Source of the DNA: a virus
Lineage: Duplodnaviria; Caudoviricetes
Length of the DNA stretch: 64,000 nt
IMG/VR virus record: IMGVR_UViG_2690315807_000003
Location: 3,696 to 67,695 of that record
Direction: 5' to 3' (one strand)
The notes under the pieces were generated by a model. The model ran no database searches and was not told the DNA's origin. It was given only the letters and a program-made list of their open reading frames with translations. The position numbers were made by a program, and so were the translations under genes. Positions 40,400 through 48,575 of the stretch are shown here, one piece after another (position 1 is the first letter of the stretch; the number at the start of each line of letters is the position of its first letter).

Positions 40400-40624
40400 T
40401 TAAACACGTGGTGGCCAATTCCAATGACCCGGTTTCGGAACCTCGGAGAACGGTACGTCTCTGTTAAAGTGGAAGCCTGTCGGATTTAGAACTGTCACAT
40501 GAACAACACTTGTATCCTCATTAACAACTTCGGTAATGATTGCTGCGCTCGGTTCGCTCTTGTATTCGCCGCCTGGTGTTCCGTAGCGTTGATAATGTAC
40601 TGTGCGTCCAATCGATGGTTTCAT
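40400..40624 (-). CDS. Small phage protein
   Basis: MKPSIGRTVHY..AAIITEV..WNWPPRV; RBS ggaggtg. Confidence 0.75.
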   Translation of the reverse strand: MKPSIGRTVHYQRYGTPGGEYKSEPSAAIITEVVNEDTSVVHVTVLNPTGFHFNRDVPFSEVPKPGHWNWPPRV

Positions 40625-40750
40625 GAAATTCACCTCCAATTTGATTTGAATTTGAAAACAACAAAACAACCGAAGGAGCATAGCCAGAAACTCTTTCAGG
40701 AGTTCCCCTTTGCTCGAATGCCTCCCGGTTGGCCCGTCGGTTGCTTTGTT

Positions 40751-40827
40751 GAAAATAGAAAAAGCGAAAAGAGGAACGCCCCCGTCATATGCCGCTATTG
40801 CAGCTGTGCGTTTCATTCTCGCTCGAT
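40751..40827 (-). ncRNA. Candidate structured leader RNA, copy A
   Basis: Homologous to 42190-42265 with pairing-preserving stem changes. Confidence 0.4.
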
Positions 40828-41037
40828 TTCCACATTACAAATATATCACGTCTAAAGTCCAGCGAACGATCACTATTCATTCAAAATAATGTCATTAATC
40901 AGTCAACAATTTCAAGAGAACACTTTGTAAACTTAATGTAAAATTTAAGGTTATATTCCTATAATTTGTGTTTGGTAGATTGCTAGTGCTATAATATTCC
41001 TGTAACAACCAAATTTTATGAAAAGAGGTCTGAATCT

Positions 41038-41604
41038 ATGAAAAAAATTAAGCAACTGGGAATCGCATCACTTTCCGCACTCTTACTGTCATCATTTACA
41101 CTACCCGCTTTCGCCAGCGCTCAAGTTGCTAATGGCACTTTACCTGTCAACACAGGGACACAAATTGAATTGCCCACTGGTCCTATTAACAAAGATGCCA
41201 GAACTGAATTAGAATTAAGACAAGTTGATTACAACGCTCTTTTTAGAACTGTTGGTTCTGAACTAGGAATGACTACTGCTGCTGGAGAAGTAGGTACGCT
41301 TGGTTGGAAAACAAAACTGGCAAAAGAAGTAGCACAAGAATTAATCAAAAAACTCAAAAACGTTGGGTCACGTGCTTGGAATGAACAGATTAAAGTGTAC
41401 GTAGATAAATTACCATTGACAGCTGGTGCAAAAACTACTTTGAAAACATACCTCAGCTATCAAGTACTGATGCAAGCTTTGGATATCATGGTAGATTTCT
41501 CAGGTACTGCAGAAGATGGTCTTTCTAATGCCTTACAGTCCATTGGAGTTCCGGGATGGTTAAGTGATCCAGCTGCAAGAGCGATTGTCTTCTTCCTGCT
41601 ATAA
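41038..41604 (+). CDS. Secreted protein, bacteriocin-precursor-like
   Basis: Sec signal ending AFA/ASA, spacer, cationic amphipathic GWKTKLAK.. region, hydrophobic C-terminus; TGcTATAAT at 40987-40995. Confidence 0.7.
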   Translation: MKKIKQLGIASLSALLLSSFTLPAFASAQVANGTLPVNTGTQIELPTGPINKDARTELELRQVDYNALFRTVGSELGMTTAAGEVGTLGWKTKLAKEVAQELIKKLKNVGSRAWNEQIKVYVDKLPLTAGAKTTLKTYLSYQVLMQALDIMVDFSGTAEDGLSNALQSIGVPGWLSDPAARAIVFFLL

Positions 41605-41628
41605 AATCGAACTTAGGGAGGACTAAAC

Positions 41629-41805
41629 GTGTACATACTCGCACTGTTTATACTCATATCTACAGGTTTGGTATCCATAATCGATATTCTATTTGGTATA
41701 AAAGATTCCGGTGAAGGAATCAGATTACTGGTAACTATCTCACAGGCTCTATTCTTCTTATCTTTGTTGTTCTTTGTGATTAAGATGCCTACTAAAAAGA
41801 AGTAA
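41629..41805 (+). CDS. 58 aa two-TM protein, candidate immunity protein (not in ORF track)
   Basis: GTG start, RBS agggagg; MYILALFILISTGLVSIIDILFG..FFLSLLFFVIKMPTKKK. Confidence 0.7.
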   Translation: MYILALFILISTGLVSIIDILFGIKDSGEGIRLLVTISQALFFLSLLFFVIKMPTKKK

Positions 41806-41817
41806 CAACGATACTCT

Positions 41818-41866
41818 AAAAAAAGCAGGGTAGACTGGTTAATACATCAGTCCTACCCTGCTTTTA
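41818..41866. terminator. Bidirectional terminator
   Basis: aaaagcagggtag..ctaccctgctttt. Confidence 0.8.
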
Positions 41867-41873
41867 ATATAAA

Positions 41874-42145
41874 TCAACAAACGCCTTCCTTTGCTTGCTC
41901 TTGTATGACTTCTAAGCCCAGCGCACTTGCAAGTACACTCACCGCTTCAAGCTTAATTCTTCTAAATGTGCTTTCACTTATTCCCATCTCTCCGCAACTA
42001 ATATAATCGAACTCCCCCTCATTATGCAGGTAACTGCGCTGAATAACTTCACGTTATGAACTTGAGAGTCTATTCATTACAATTTCAAGCGCTTCATCCA
42101 TCCGAATAAATTCCGCTTCATTGTCTGCGTTGTAAACAGTATAAC
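41874..42145 (-). pseudogene. ArpU-family late regulator, 5'-truncated with in-frame stop
   Basis: LEIVMNRLSSS*REVIQRSYL..DYISCGEMGISESTFRRIKLEAVSVLASALGL; TAA at 42054-42056. Confidence 0.8.
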
Positions 42146-42189
42146 AATCGAAGGAACATAGGCAGAAACTTCCCTTTGCTCTTTGCTGA

Positions 42190-42265
42190 ATATAGAAAAG
42201 GAGAGGAGAGGAGCGACCCCTGGTCATGTACCACATTGTGCAGCCGTACGCTTCATTCGCGCCTT
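42190..42265 (-). ncRNA. Candidate structured leader RNA, copy B
   Basis: Homologous to 40751-40827; both follow a CGTGATA extended -10-like element. Confidence 0.4.
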
Positions 42266-42371
42266 TTTCTATGTCTCCTAATGTATCACGGAAAAATGGT
42301 CATATGGAGTTCAACATAGTCTCAATATGAGGTCAAGTAAGGTTCATATTTGGACCAAATAATTAAGGACC

Positions 42372-43019
42372 TCATTTAGTTGGTATGCCAGCATAGAAAC
42401 TTTCCATTTTGCTGGTATAGTCATAAAATGACAAGCGGGCTCTTATTTTCGAATCATTGCTCTTAAAAGTTTGAGTGACAATATTTGATCTACTATGGTC
42501 TCCGTTTAATTCAATTGGTTCCGAAACATCCTCAATTATTGCAGTGAGACATAACTTCAAATCTTCAGATGCACCATTAAGATATTGAAATGTGTTTGAG
42601 TAAACATCCGATTGACTCCATTCTTTAGACATCCCTGATAACTCTTTTTTTATTTGTTCCAGCTCGGGAAGTAATGATTTAGCTTCGGAAACGGATAAGT
42701 TTGAAGCATCCTCATTTATACCTTCTGTTATAGCAACAAGTCTCTCGTATATTGGTTCTATAACTTCATTAAATCTCTTTGTCTCTGCCTTATTATTTTC
42801 CCTCAGTAGTGCCTCTGTCGCCATTGTTTTTAAGGCTGCTGCATCTTTACTATTAGGCTCTTCTATCAAAGCGTTTTGTATGTACTCCAGTGTTTCCTCG
42901 TATTTACCTTCCTTCATAGAATCTTTGGCTTTTCTCATGTATCCTTCGAATGCATTAAACATTGTACAAGCTGAACAAACAAGCACTATAACAATTAAAA
43001 ATAAAATAATTTTACGCAC
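42372..43019 (-). CDS. Lipoprotein with TPR-like N-terminal helices
   Basis: Hydrophobic signal with lipobox-like CSAC; GKYEETLEYIQNALIEEPN. Confidence 0.7.
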   Translation of the reverse strand: MRKIILFLIVIVLVCSACTMFNAFEGYMRKAKDSMKEGKYEETLEYIQNALIEEPNSKDAAALKTMATEALLRENNKAETKRFNEVIEPIYERLVAITEGINEDASNLSVSEAKSLLPELEQIKKELSGMSKEWSQSDVYSNTFQYLNGASEDLKLCLTAIIEDVSEPIELNGDHSRSNIVTQTFKSNDSKIRARLSFYDYTSKMESFYAGIPTK

Positions 43020-43118
43020 CGCTACTCCCCTTTCTAATGAAAATTTTGTAATCTTCAAGTTATTATACCATCTACCCATTTAACTATTACATGAAAATGA
43101 CTGATCACTCAATAAAAT

Positions 43119-43140
43119 AGGGCGAAATAGTTTCGCCCCT
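43119..43140 (-). terminator. Terminator after terL
   Basis: agggcgaaa-tag-tttcgccc hairpin, T-rich on minus strand. Confidence 0.65.
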
Positions 43141-43211
43141 GCTCTCACTGATCGTTTCTTTGCACGAATATCCTTGAGCGTATATCTCACTCCACTCCAC
43201 TGCTGTTAATG

Positions 43212-44666
43212 TTATCTTTTTATTGTCACACCTCCTATTGCGGGAAGCATCATAGACTGAGGTGTTCCCAGCAAATATTCTCCGAAAGTGATTACATATG
43301 CGTCTGCCCTGTCAGGCGACTTTAATCCGCGCTTTTTCATGTCCTTCTTACTCTCAAGTAGTATCTTCCCCTTACTGGTCATTGACCATTTTCTTGCGGT
43401 CAATTGGGAAGTAAGTACATCATCATCAGGCAATTGTAAAACAGCAAGATCACCATTCATGTAATTGCTCATGTTCTGCTCCAATTGTCCTTTTATGGAT
43501 GCCCACATTTCTGCGCCTAAATTTCCGTAATGTTCATCCAATGAGGATGATCCGTTATTTATCGGAATTACTTCATAAGGAAGCCCTTCTTCGGCAATAA
43601 TCTCATTCAGTCGATCCGTCACTCCACCACCCACGCCGGTATCATCAATCCTGATTCTCGTATGGACAACTTCCGGGTAATGTGGCAACAAGTCCCTTAT
43701 CAAATTCAAAACCCAGCCGGCAGTGACCATAGTATCTTTCTTGAAATGATGATGCTGTCCAACTGTTACCGGCCCTATCCCTGCGTAAATGGACGTCTCA
43801 TCGTCACCAAAACGAGCAACGTCACAGCCAATCGTCAAGATGTCACCGACTGGAGAAAGATTTACTTCCTTGGCAGCGAATTCAGCCACTTCCAACGCAA
43901 TAAATGTTTCGGATTCCCCTCGTGGGAACTCACCTTCAACCCGGACACGCCATACATCAGATCCTTTACCGTATTTGCGTTCAAGCATAGCTATGTTCTC
44001 TTTACTTGTACGAGGACTGTTCAAACAGGATACTTTATGTGTATTGTAGTCAGCACGATCTCGGTTGTGAGAATCATAAAATACTCCGCTGGTTCGGGTT
44101 GGGTTACCACACATAAGCAGCTTATTGTATTCACCTGAGAGCGTACCCAGGATTGCTTCCATGATACGATCTTCAACCCCAGAAGCTTCGTCTACGATGA
44201 ACAGCATGTAGTCTTCATGGAAACCTTGCATGTTCTCAGGTTTAGTTGCTGTCCGGGCTGTAGCAAACCATCGTTCCTCATAATTTCGCATGTAAATCTT
44301 CGTTTTAGTCCATTTGAGTATTCGCTTGAGCAGAGGACTCTTCTCTTGCCATTTACTTATCTCTGCCCAAAGTACATCATGTAGCTGCTGACGTGTAGGA
44401 GCTGTACAGATAACTTTCGGAAACGGGAAACATGATAGAAACCATAATGCCACCGCAGCCTCAAGACCGGTCTTCCCCACACCCTGTCCAGATCGCACCG
44501 ACACCCGTGGACTTCCCGCTATATCCATTAACACTTCTGCCTGCCACTCATCAGGAGTGAATTTCAGTAATTCCACACAAAAAAGAACCGGGTTCTTCCG
44601 GTACTCTGGAATACGTTTTTTGAATGCAGCAAAGCGGCGTTTTGTTTGTGGAGACTCTTTACTCAC
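43212..44666 (-). CDS. terL: Terminase large subunit
   Basis: Walker A SGQGVGKT, Walker B FIVDEA, GNP, nuclease GCDVARFGDD and SPDRADA. Confidence 0.95.
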   Translation of the reverse strand: MSKESPQTKRRFAAFKKRIPEYRKNPVLFCVELLKFTPDEWQAEVLMDIAGSPRVSVRSGQGVGKTGLEAAVALWFLSCFPFPKVICTAPTRQQLHDVLWAEISKWQEKSPLLKRILKWTKTKIYMRNYEERWFATARTATKPENMQGFHEDYMLFIVDEASGVEDRIMEAILGTLSGEYNKLLMCGNPTRTSGVFYDSHNRDRADYNTHKVSCLNSPRTSKENIAMLERKYGKGSDVWRVRVEGEFPRGESETFIALEVAEFAAKEVNLSPVGDILTIGCDVARFGDDETSIYAGIGPVTVGQHHHFKKDTMVTAGWVLNLIRDLLPHYPEVVHTRIRIDDTGVGGGVTDRLNEIIAEEGLPYEVIPINNGSSSLDEHYGNLGAEMWASIKGQLEQNMSNYMNGDLAVLQLPDDDVLTSQLTARKWSMTSKGKILLESKKDMKKRGLKSPDRADAYVITFGEYLLGTPQSMMLPAIGGVTIKR

Positions 44667-45387
44667 CAGACTCCACCGCCTTTACCCAATCTTCTATGAG
44701 GTCATCCTCGGTATCTCCATCACCGTTCTTCAGTTTCTCGATCTCAAGGCGGGTTTTATCAACTTTGGCCTGCATCTGATCCAGTTTCAATCTGCGTTCA
44801 TCTTCCTGCGGTGCAATATCAAGGAATTGTTTGATGGCTCCCCTAATCTCGCGCATGACCGTGGCCTCTGCCTTAATGAAACTAGCGTATTTATCCCAAG
44901 CGAATTGAATTTCCCATTCATATTCATCTCCATACTCACCTGGTTTCTCTTTTTTCAACTCTTTGGTCATATCCTCTTTGTCTTTGATGAAGAAGATACG
45001 TTGCGCCCAAATGATTTTACGGAATCCCTGGGTGATGTTATGCCAGATCATGTCTATAGGTTCCATTTGCTGAACGATATCTATGAGTTCTAGATACTCA
45101 GGATCTTGCGGCTCGAACTTACGGAACAATCCATGTGTCACAGCTTTCTGATTGCCGAGCGGACCTCCTTTACCACCTCTGTTGCCTTTAGCATTCTGAT
45201 TACCACGAGGAGCACCAGGTTTAGCGTTCGCAATCTTCCCTTCCCATTGATCCAGTGATTTCCACTTCCGGACCGATTCAGGTGTTATTCCCAACTTTTC
45301 TGCAATCTCTTTCGGCTTCATTACAGCGCCACTATCTTTCCAAATTTTGAACGCCTTCTTACGATTCGGATTCTGCTTCCTGCTCAC
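44659..45387 (-). CDS. terS: Terminase small subunit
   Basis: N-terminal HTH (EIAEKLG..VRKWK), GAPRGNQNA, GNQKAVTHG; overlaps terL. Confidence 0.9.
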   Translation of the reverse strand: MSRKQNPNRKKAFKIWKDSGAVMKPKEIAEKLGITPESVRKWKSLDQWEGKIANAKPGAPRGNQNAKGNRGGKGGPLGNQKAVTHGLFRKFEPQDPEYLELIDIVQQMEPIDMIWHNITQGFRKIIWAQRIFFIKDKEDMTKELKKEKPGEYGDEYEWEIQFAWDKYASFIKAEATVMREIRGAIKQFLDIAPQEDERRLKLDQMQAKVDKTRLEIEKLKNGDGDTEDDLIEDWVKAVESGE

Positions 45388-45497
45388 AAAATTATCACCA
45401 CTTTCATGTAATTGAGTTGGAATTCCTATTTAAGGTCAGTAATAGTCAAACGTTACGAATCAAAATAAGCCTCCGTGTGAATCGCAGGCTGTTGTTC

Positions 45498-45650
45498 TGC
45501 ACTCATATTCACCAAATAATGTAAGTTGACTGAAACATAAAGGTAATTCTGTTGCACTCATTTCAGGCATGAAAAAACATGTTTCTTCATCTAATGTCTT
45601 CCTAATTGAAAAATGAGTGCAATATAAACCGTATTGTGTTGCACTAAATT
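45498..45650. promoter_or_regulatory. Candidate recombination core site (45616-45645) with flanking TGCACTCAT repeats
   Basis: AGTGCAATATAA-ACCGTA-TTGTGTTGCACT, arms match at 10 of 12, 6 bp spacer. Confidence 0.6.
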
Positions 45651-46210
45651 CACCTTAAATTCAAGATTGCCTTGTCCATCATGTCCTGAGTCAGCCCGAT
45701 ATAGTCCAAAGTCTCCCTTGGATCGCTGTGTCCAAACATATCCATTAGTAACGCTAGGTTCTCAGGATTGTCCATGTAGAGCCTATATGCCCATGTCTTC
45801 CGCAATGAATGGACTCCGATATCCTTTAACCTGAATTCCTGAGCTGCTTCGTGTAAAAAACGATAGGCTGTTGTCCGATCGATCGGTTTATTTCGCATAC
45901 GGCTGATCGTTTTAATCTGACGACTAGCAAACAGATAATCAGTTGGTCGCATGTCAGCAGTGAATTCGTCCAGATCATCTCTTATACTCGGATGGATAAT
46001 AAAAGTCTTCGCATGCTTATTTTTTTGCTCAACCATACTGATATGGGTCCCTTTAGTTTGCCACGCCTTGAGTTCGAGCAAGTCAGATACTCGAAGTCCG
46101 CTGTATATGCCCATACAAAAAAATAAGTAATTCCGCATGCTTCGTATATAGAAGTATTCCTTCATTCCATCTATAACCCGTTCATCACGGATCGGCTGTA
46201 CCTTTCTCAT
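45650..46210 (-). CDS. Short tyrosine recombinase (catalytic domain only)
   Basis: SGLRVSD, HSLRKT, FGHS, YIG catalytic residues. Confidence 0.92.
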   Translation of the reverse strand: MRKVQPIRDERVIDGMKEYFYIRSMRNYLFFCMGIYSGLRVSDLLELKAWQTKGTHISMVEQKNKHAKTFIIHPSIRDDLDEFTADMRPTDYLFASRQIKTISRMRNKPIDRTTAYRFLHEAAQEFRLKDIGVHSLRKTWAYRLYMDNPENLALLMDMFGHSDPRETLDYIGLTQDMMDKAILNLR

Positions 46211-46377
46211 TTAGTCACCTTCTCTTGACCATGATTCGACTTCCAACAGCGCGGCATAATACACATCTGAACAACCCCTGTCCAGGTTCCCAAACAACAG
46301 CCCCGACATTTCTCTGGTTGCTTGTCCGAAACCCTCGGGATAGCCGGTTCATTTCTGCTGTAAAAATGACCATCCAT
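46207..46377 (-). CDS. 56 aa Cys-rich protein coupled to recombinase (not in ORF track)
   Basis: ..DKQPEKCRGCCLGTWTGVVQMCIMPRCW..; RBS gggagg; stop overlaps recombinase ATG. Confidence 0.7.
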   Translation of the reverse strand: MDGHFYSRNEPAIPRVSDKQPEKCRGCCLGTWTGVVQMCIMPRCWKSNHGQEKVTK

Positions 46378-46394
46378 ACTCTTCCCTCCAATAC

Positions 46395-46482
46395 AAAAAG
46401 GCCGCTCCTAAGAGCGACCTTTTATTTGCGTTATTATATGGATAGAATTTATCATAATATTTGTCCCAAAACACTACGCTTT
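46395..46482 (-). promoter_or_regulatory. Candidate late promoter plus leader terminator
   Basis: CGTAGTG-N17-TGATAAATT then aaaaggtcgctc-ttag-gagcggcctttt. Confidence 0.55.
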
Positions 46483-46506
46483 TAGTAATGTTTAATAAGA
46501 TTCTAA

Positions 46507-46758
46507 TCAAGAATTAGCAGTAATTTTTTTCTTGCAGAGCTCAATCATCTCGTTTAAAGGTTGCATAGACTTAAGTTCAACCCAATCGATAGACTGATTC
46601 TTTTTGGATTCTACCGCTTTACCTAAATAGGTAGTACCGTGATTAGCGATTGTAATTTCCCAGATCCATGTGTCAGTTTTTGTACCATTAAAGCCAAACT
46701 TGTTGACATTCACAATTTCAACTACATGAAACTCTGTATGGTAGATTTTATGCTCCAT
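46507..46758 (-). CDS. Hypothetical accessory protein
   Basis: RBS ggggtg before MEHKIY; sigmaH-like promoter. Confidence 0.65.
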   Translation of the reverse strand: MEHKIYHTEFHVVEIVNVNKFGFNGTKTDTWIWEITIANHGTTYLGKAVESKKNQSIDWVELKSMQPLNEMIELCKKKITANS

Positions 46759-46859
46759 ATAAAAATTCACCCCCAACAACATTGTTCGACACCAAAGGAG
46801 GATATTCCTTTTATAATGTTGAAAATAAGTTGTTAGGAGGTGAGAAAGATATAATCATA

Positions 46860-47098
46860 ATGGAAAAAAATATGCAATTGGCGAAGGTAACTTTTGGATT
46901 TATGACCATGAAGGTAATGAGTTAACTCGCTACCAACTAAATCAAATTTCAACTGGTGAAGGAAGAATTACTGCGACTGGAAAGCTGACAGATTTAACTG
47001 TTTTTTTATCAGATGGCGAAAAAATAAAATTTGAAGATAATTCCAAGTTAAATGAATTTGCTGAAGCGTTAGCAAAAGAACAAGCGAAATATCTTTAA
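46860..47098 (+). pseudogene. Small gene interrupted by frameshift in an A7 tract
   Basis: ATG GAA AAA AAT frame stops after 21 codons; -1 frame open to 47098; hairpin 47101-47153 follows. Confidence 0.5.
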
Positions 47099-47174
47099 TA
47101 CAATACAAAGGTCTACTTTTTACCTTAGCGGAAATTGGTAGACTTTTGTATTGTAATGCTACTGAAAATTCAAT

Positions 47175-47807
47175 TCATGAAGGAATTAATAATCCTATTT
47201 CTCCTTCTTCATTTCTTCCACGACCATAATCTATTGTTACAAAATCCAATGTCCGATTAAATTTCAAACTATTAGCTATATTTGCTATAGCCCTGCGCCT
47301 CTTATCTGCAAACGTAGTTGCAGCTATACCAGGAACATCCTTACGATATCCTTTCTCCATGTATTCTTGAGCTTTCAAATACTTCTTACCATCTAGAAAC
47401 AGCAATTTCGCTGCTACACCCTCGTGGACATCTTTTAAATTGTTTATAGCAAATCGGACATTGTTGGATATGAACACGTATAGCTCGTAGTTGGCATGCC
47501 GCTTATCCTTCATGATAACAGCGTTTGCAGTGACATCAGCAGTCAGTTCATGGCCTGATTCGCGTTTCGCAACCGTTCCCTCCGCAGACAACAACTCATA
47601 AGCTGACATACCATTCTCGATCTGCTTGAGTGCGTACTCATAATTTTGAATGATGTCAATCATGTCCACATATTTACCAAGAAGCCATTTGGTTTTACGG
47701 ATATCTTCTTCATCCACATCCGAAAAAAAGTTTAACTGAATAATCTTATTAGTATCATCAATGTCTTCTTGCTTAGGTACGATAACTACTCTTTCTTCTG
47801 TGCTCAT
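47175..47807 (-). CDS. Late gene regulator (ArpU/RinA-like position and features)
   Basis: Last early gene; C-terminal GIAATTFADKRRRAIANIANSL HTH-like segment. Confidence 0.65.
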   Translation of the reverse strand: MSTEERVVIVPKQEDIDDTNKIIQLNFFSDVDEEDIRKTKWLLGKYVDMIDIIQNYEYALKQIENGMSAYELLSAEGTVAKRESGHELTADVTANAVIMKDKRHANYELYVFISNNVRFAINNLKDVHEGVAAKLLFLDGKKYLKAQEYMEKGYRKDVPGIAATTFADKRRRAIANIANSLKFNRTLDFVTIDYGRGRNEEGEIGLLIPS

Positions 47808-48034
47808 GCCGTTCCCTCCTGCGTTTCCCACTTTGCCTTCTCGTTCATAAATTCCAAGCACCTGTTCTGAAACCACTCAAGCAAACGTTTTGTCTCGTCC
47901 CGTTCAGCCGCAATACTTGCATTGATCTCTGTCATTTCTTTCATTGCCTGGTCACGTTCTTTTATAGCTTCAATCAAATCCTCTGGAGCTACGCCTTCCC
48001 ACTCATTTATCAAACCAGCTACACGATTGCTCAT
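47804..48034 (-). CDS. Hypothetical protein
   Basis: Stop/start overlaps with both neighbours. Confidence 0.7.
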   Translation of the reverse strand: MSNRVAGLINEWEGVAPEDLIEAIKERDQAMKEMTEINASIAAERDETKRLLEWFQNRCLEFMNEKAKWETQEGTA

Positions 48035-48270
48035 TCCACCACCAACTTCCCTAACCTTTTCAGGCTCCGTCTGCTATGGACCCCGGTGAATTTGTTGAGG
48101 TATGCAATCTTTTTCATGGTTCTTGAAGAGTCCAATTGCGCTGTCATTCTTTCAGGGAACGTCATTTCATGAAAGTGTTCATCGTATCTAATCTTCTGAG
48201 CCTCAAGACCGATCACCAGACAGCATTGTATTGCAATGGCATCGTCATAACTTAATCCGAACTGTCTCAT
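48031..48270 (-). CDS. Hypothetical protein
   Basis: RBS aaggag; coupled to neighbours. Confidence 0.7.
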   Translation of the reverse strand: MRQFGLSYDDAIAIQCCLVIGLEAQKIRYDEHFHEMTFPERMTAQLDSSRTMKKIAYLNKFTGVHSRRSLKRLGKLVVE

Positions 48271-48575
48271 TCTGTATCCGCTCCTTCCCCACCCATATGC
48301 GGCTGTACGCGATTCTTTGGCACGCTCAGCACCGCAAAGGCTCCGAAGTCTTCCAATATACCCTTGCCCTTTATCGCGTCCTCAGGGACCCATATCTCGC
48401 ATTTAATACGATGGTAGCCCTTGTACTTACCTTGCTTAACTGGTGCGCGAATGCTGGCTTTGTTCGCAAATGGAGCCACCACCCACATCCGATCATCGCG
48501 TGAATTATCCTCCATTGATTGCTTGATGCTCTCAGGCGTTACATTGAATATCACGTTCATATCGTTCTTATTCAT
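48267..48575 (-). CDS. Hypothetical protein
   Basis: Start MNKND with RBS aaggag. Confidence 0.7.
   Translation of the reverse strand: MNKNDMNVIFNVTPESIKQSMEDNSRDDRMWVVAPFANKASIRAPVKQGKYKGYHRIKCEIWVPEDAIKGKGILEDFGAFAVLSVPKNRVQPHMGGEGADTE

Noticed and set aside
40625-40816. N-terminal extension of ORF 40400..40816, and ORF 42054..42236
   Set aside because: A better RBS precedes MKPSIG at 40624; the other ORF is a chance fusion of leader sequence with the ArpU relic.
40751-42265. RNA motif as a twister, pistol or hammerhead ribozyme
   Set aside because: Only a short AAUGAAG resemblance; the remaining core and pseudoknot elements were not found.
37413-43400. terL 3' duplicate as a DGR template/variable repeat
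   Set aside because: No reverse transcriptase in the window; differences are largely synonymous and not adenine-specific.
32917-46210. Integron-like array driven by the short recombinase
   Set aside because: No attC-like sites or further copies of the recombinase core site were seen between cargo genes; the shared hairpins look like terminators.
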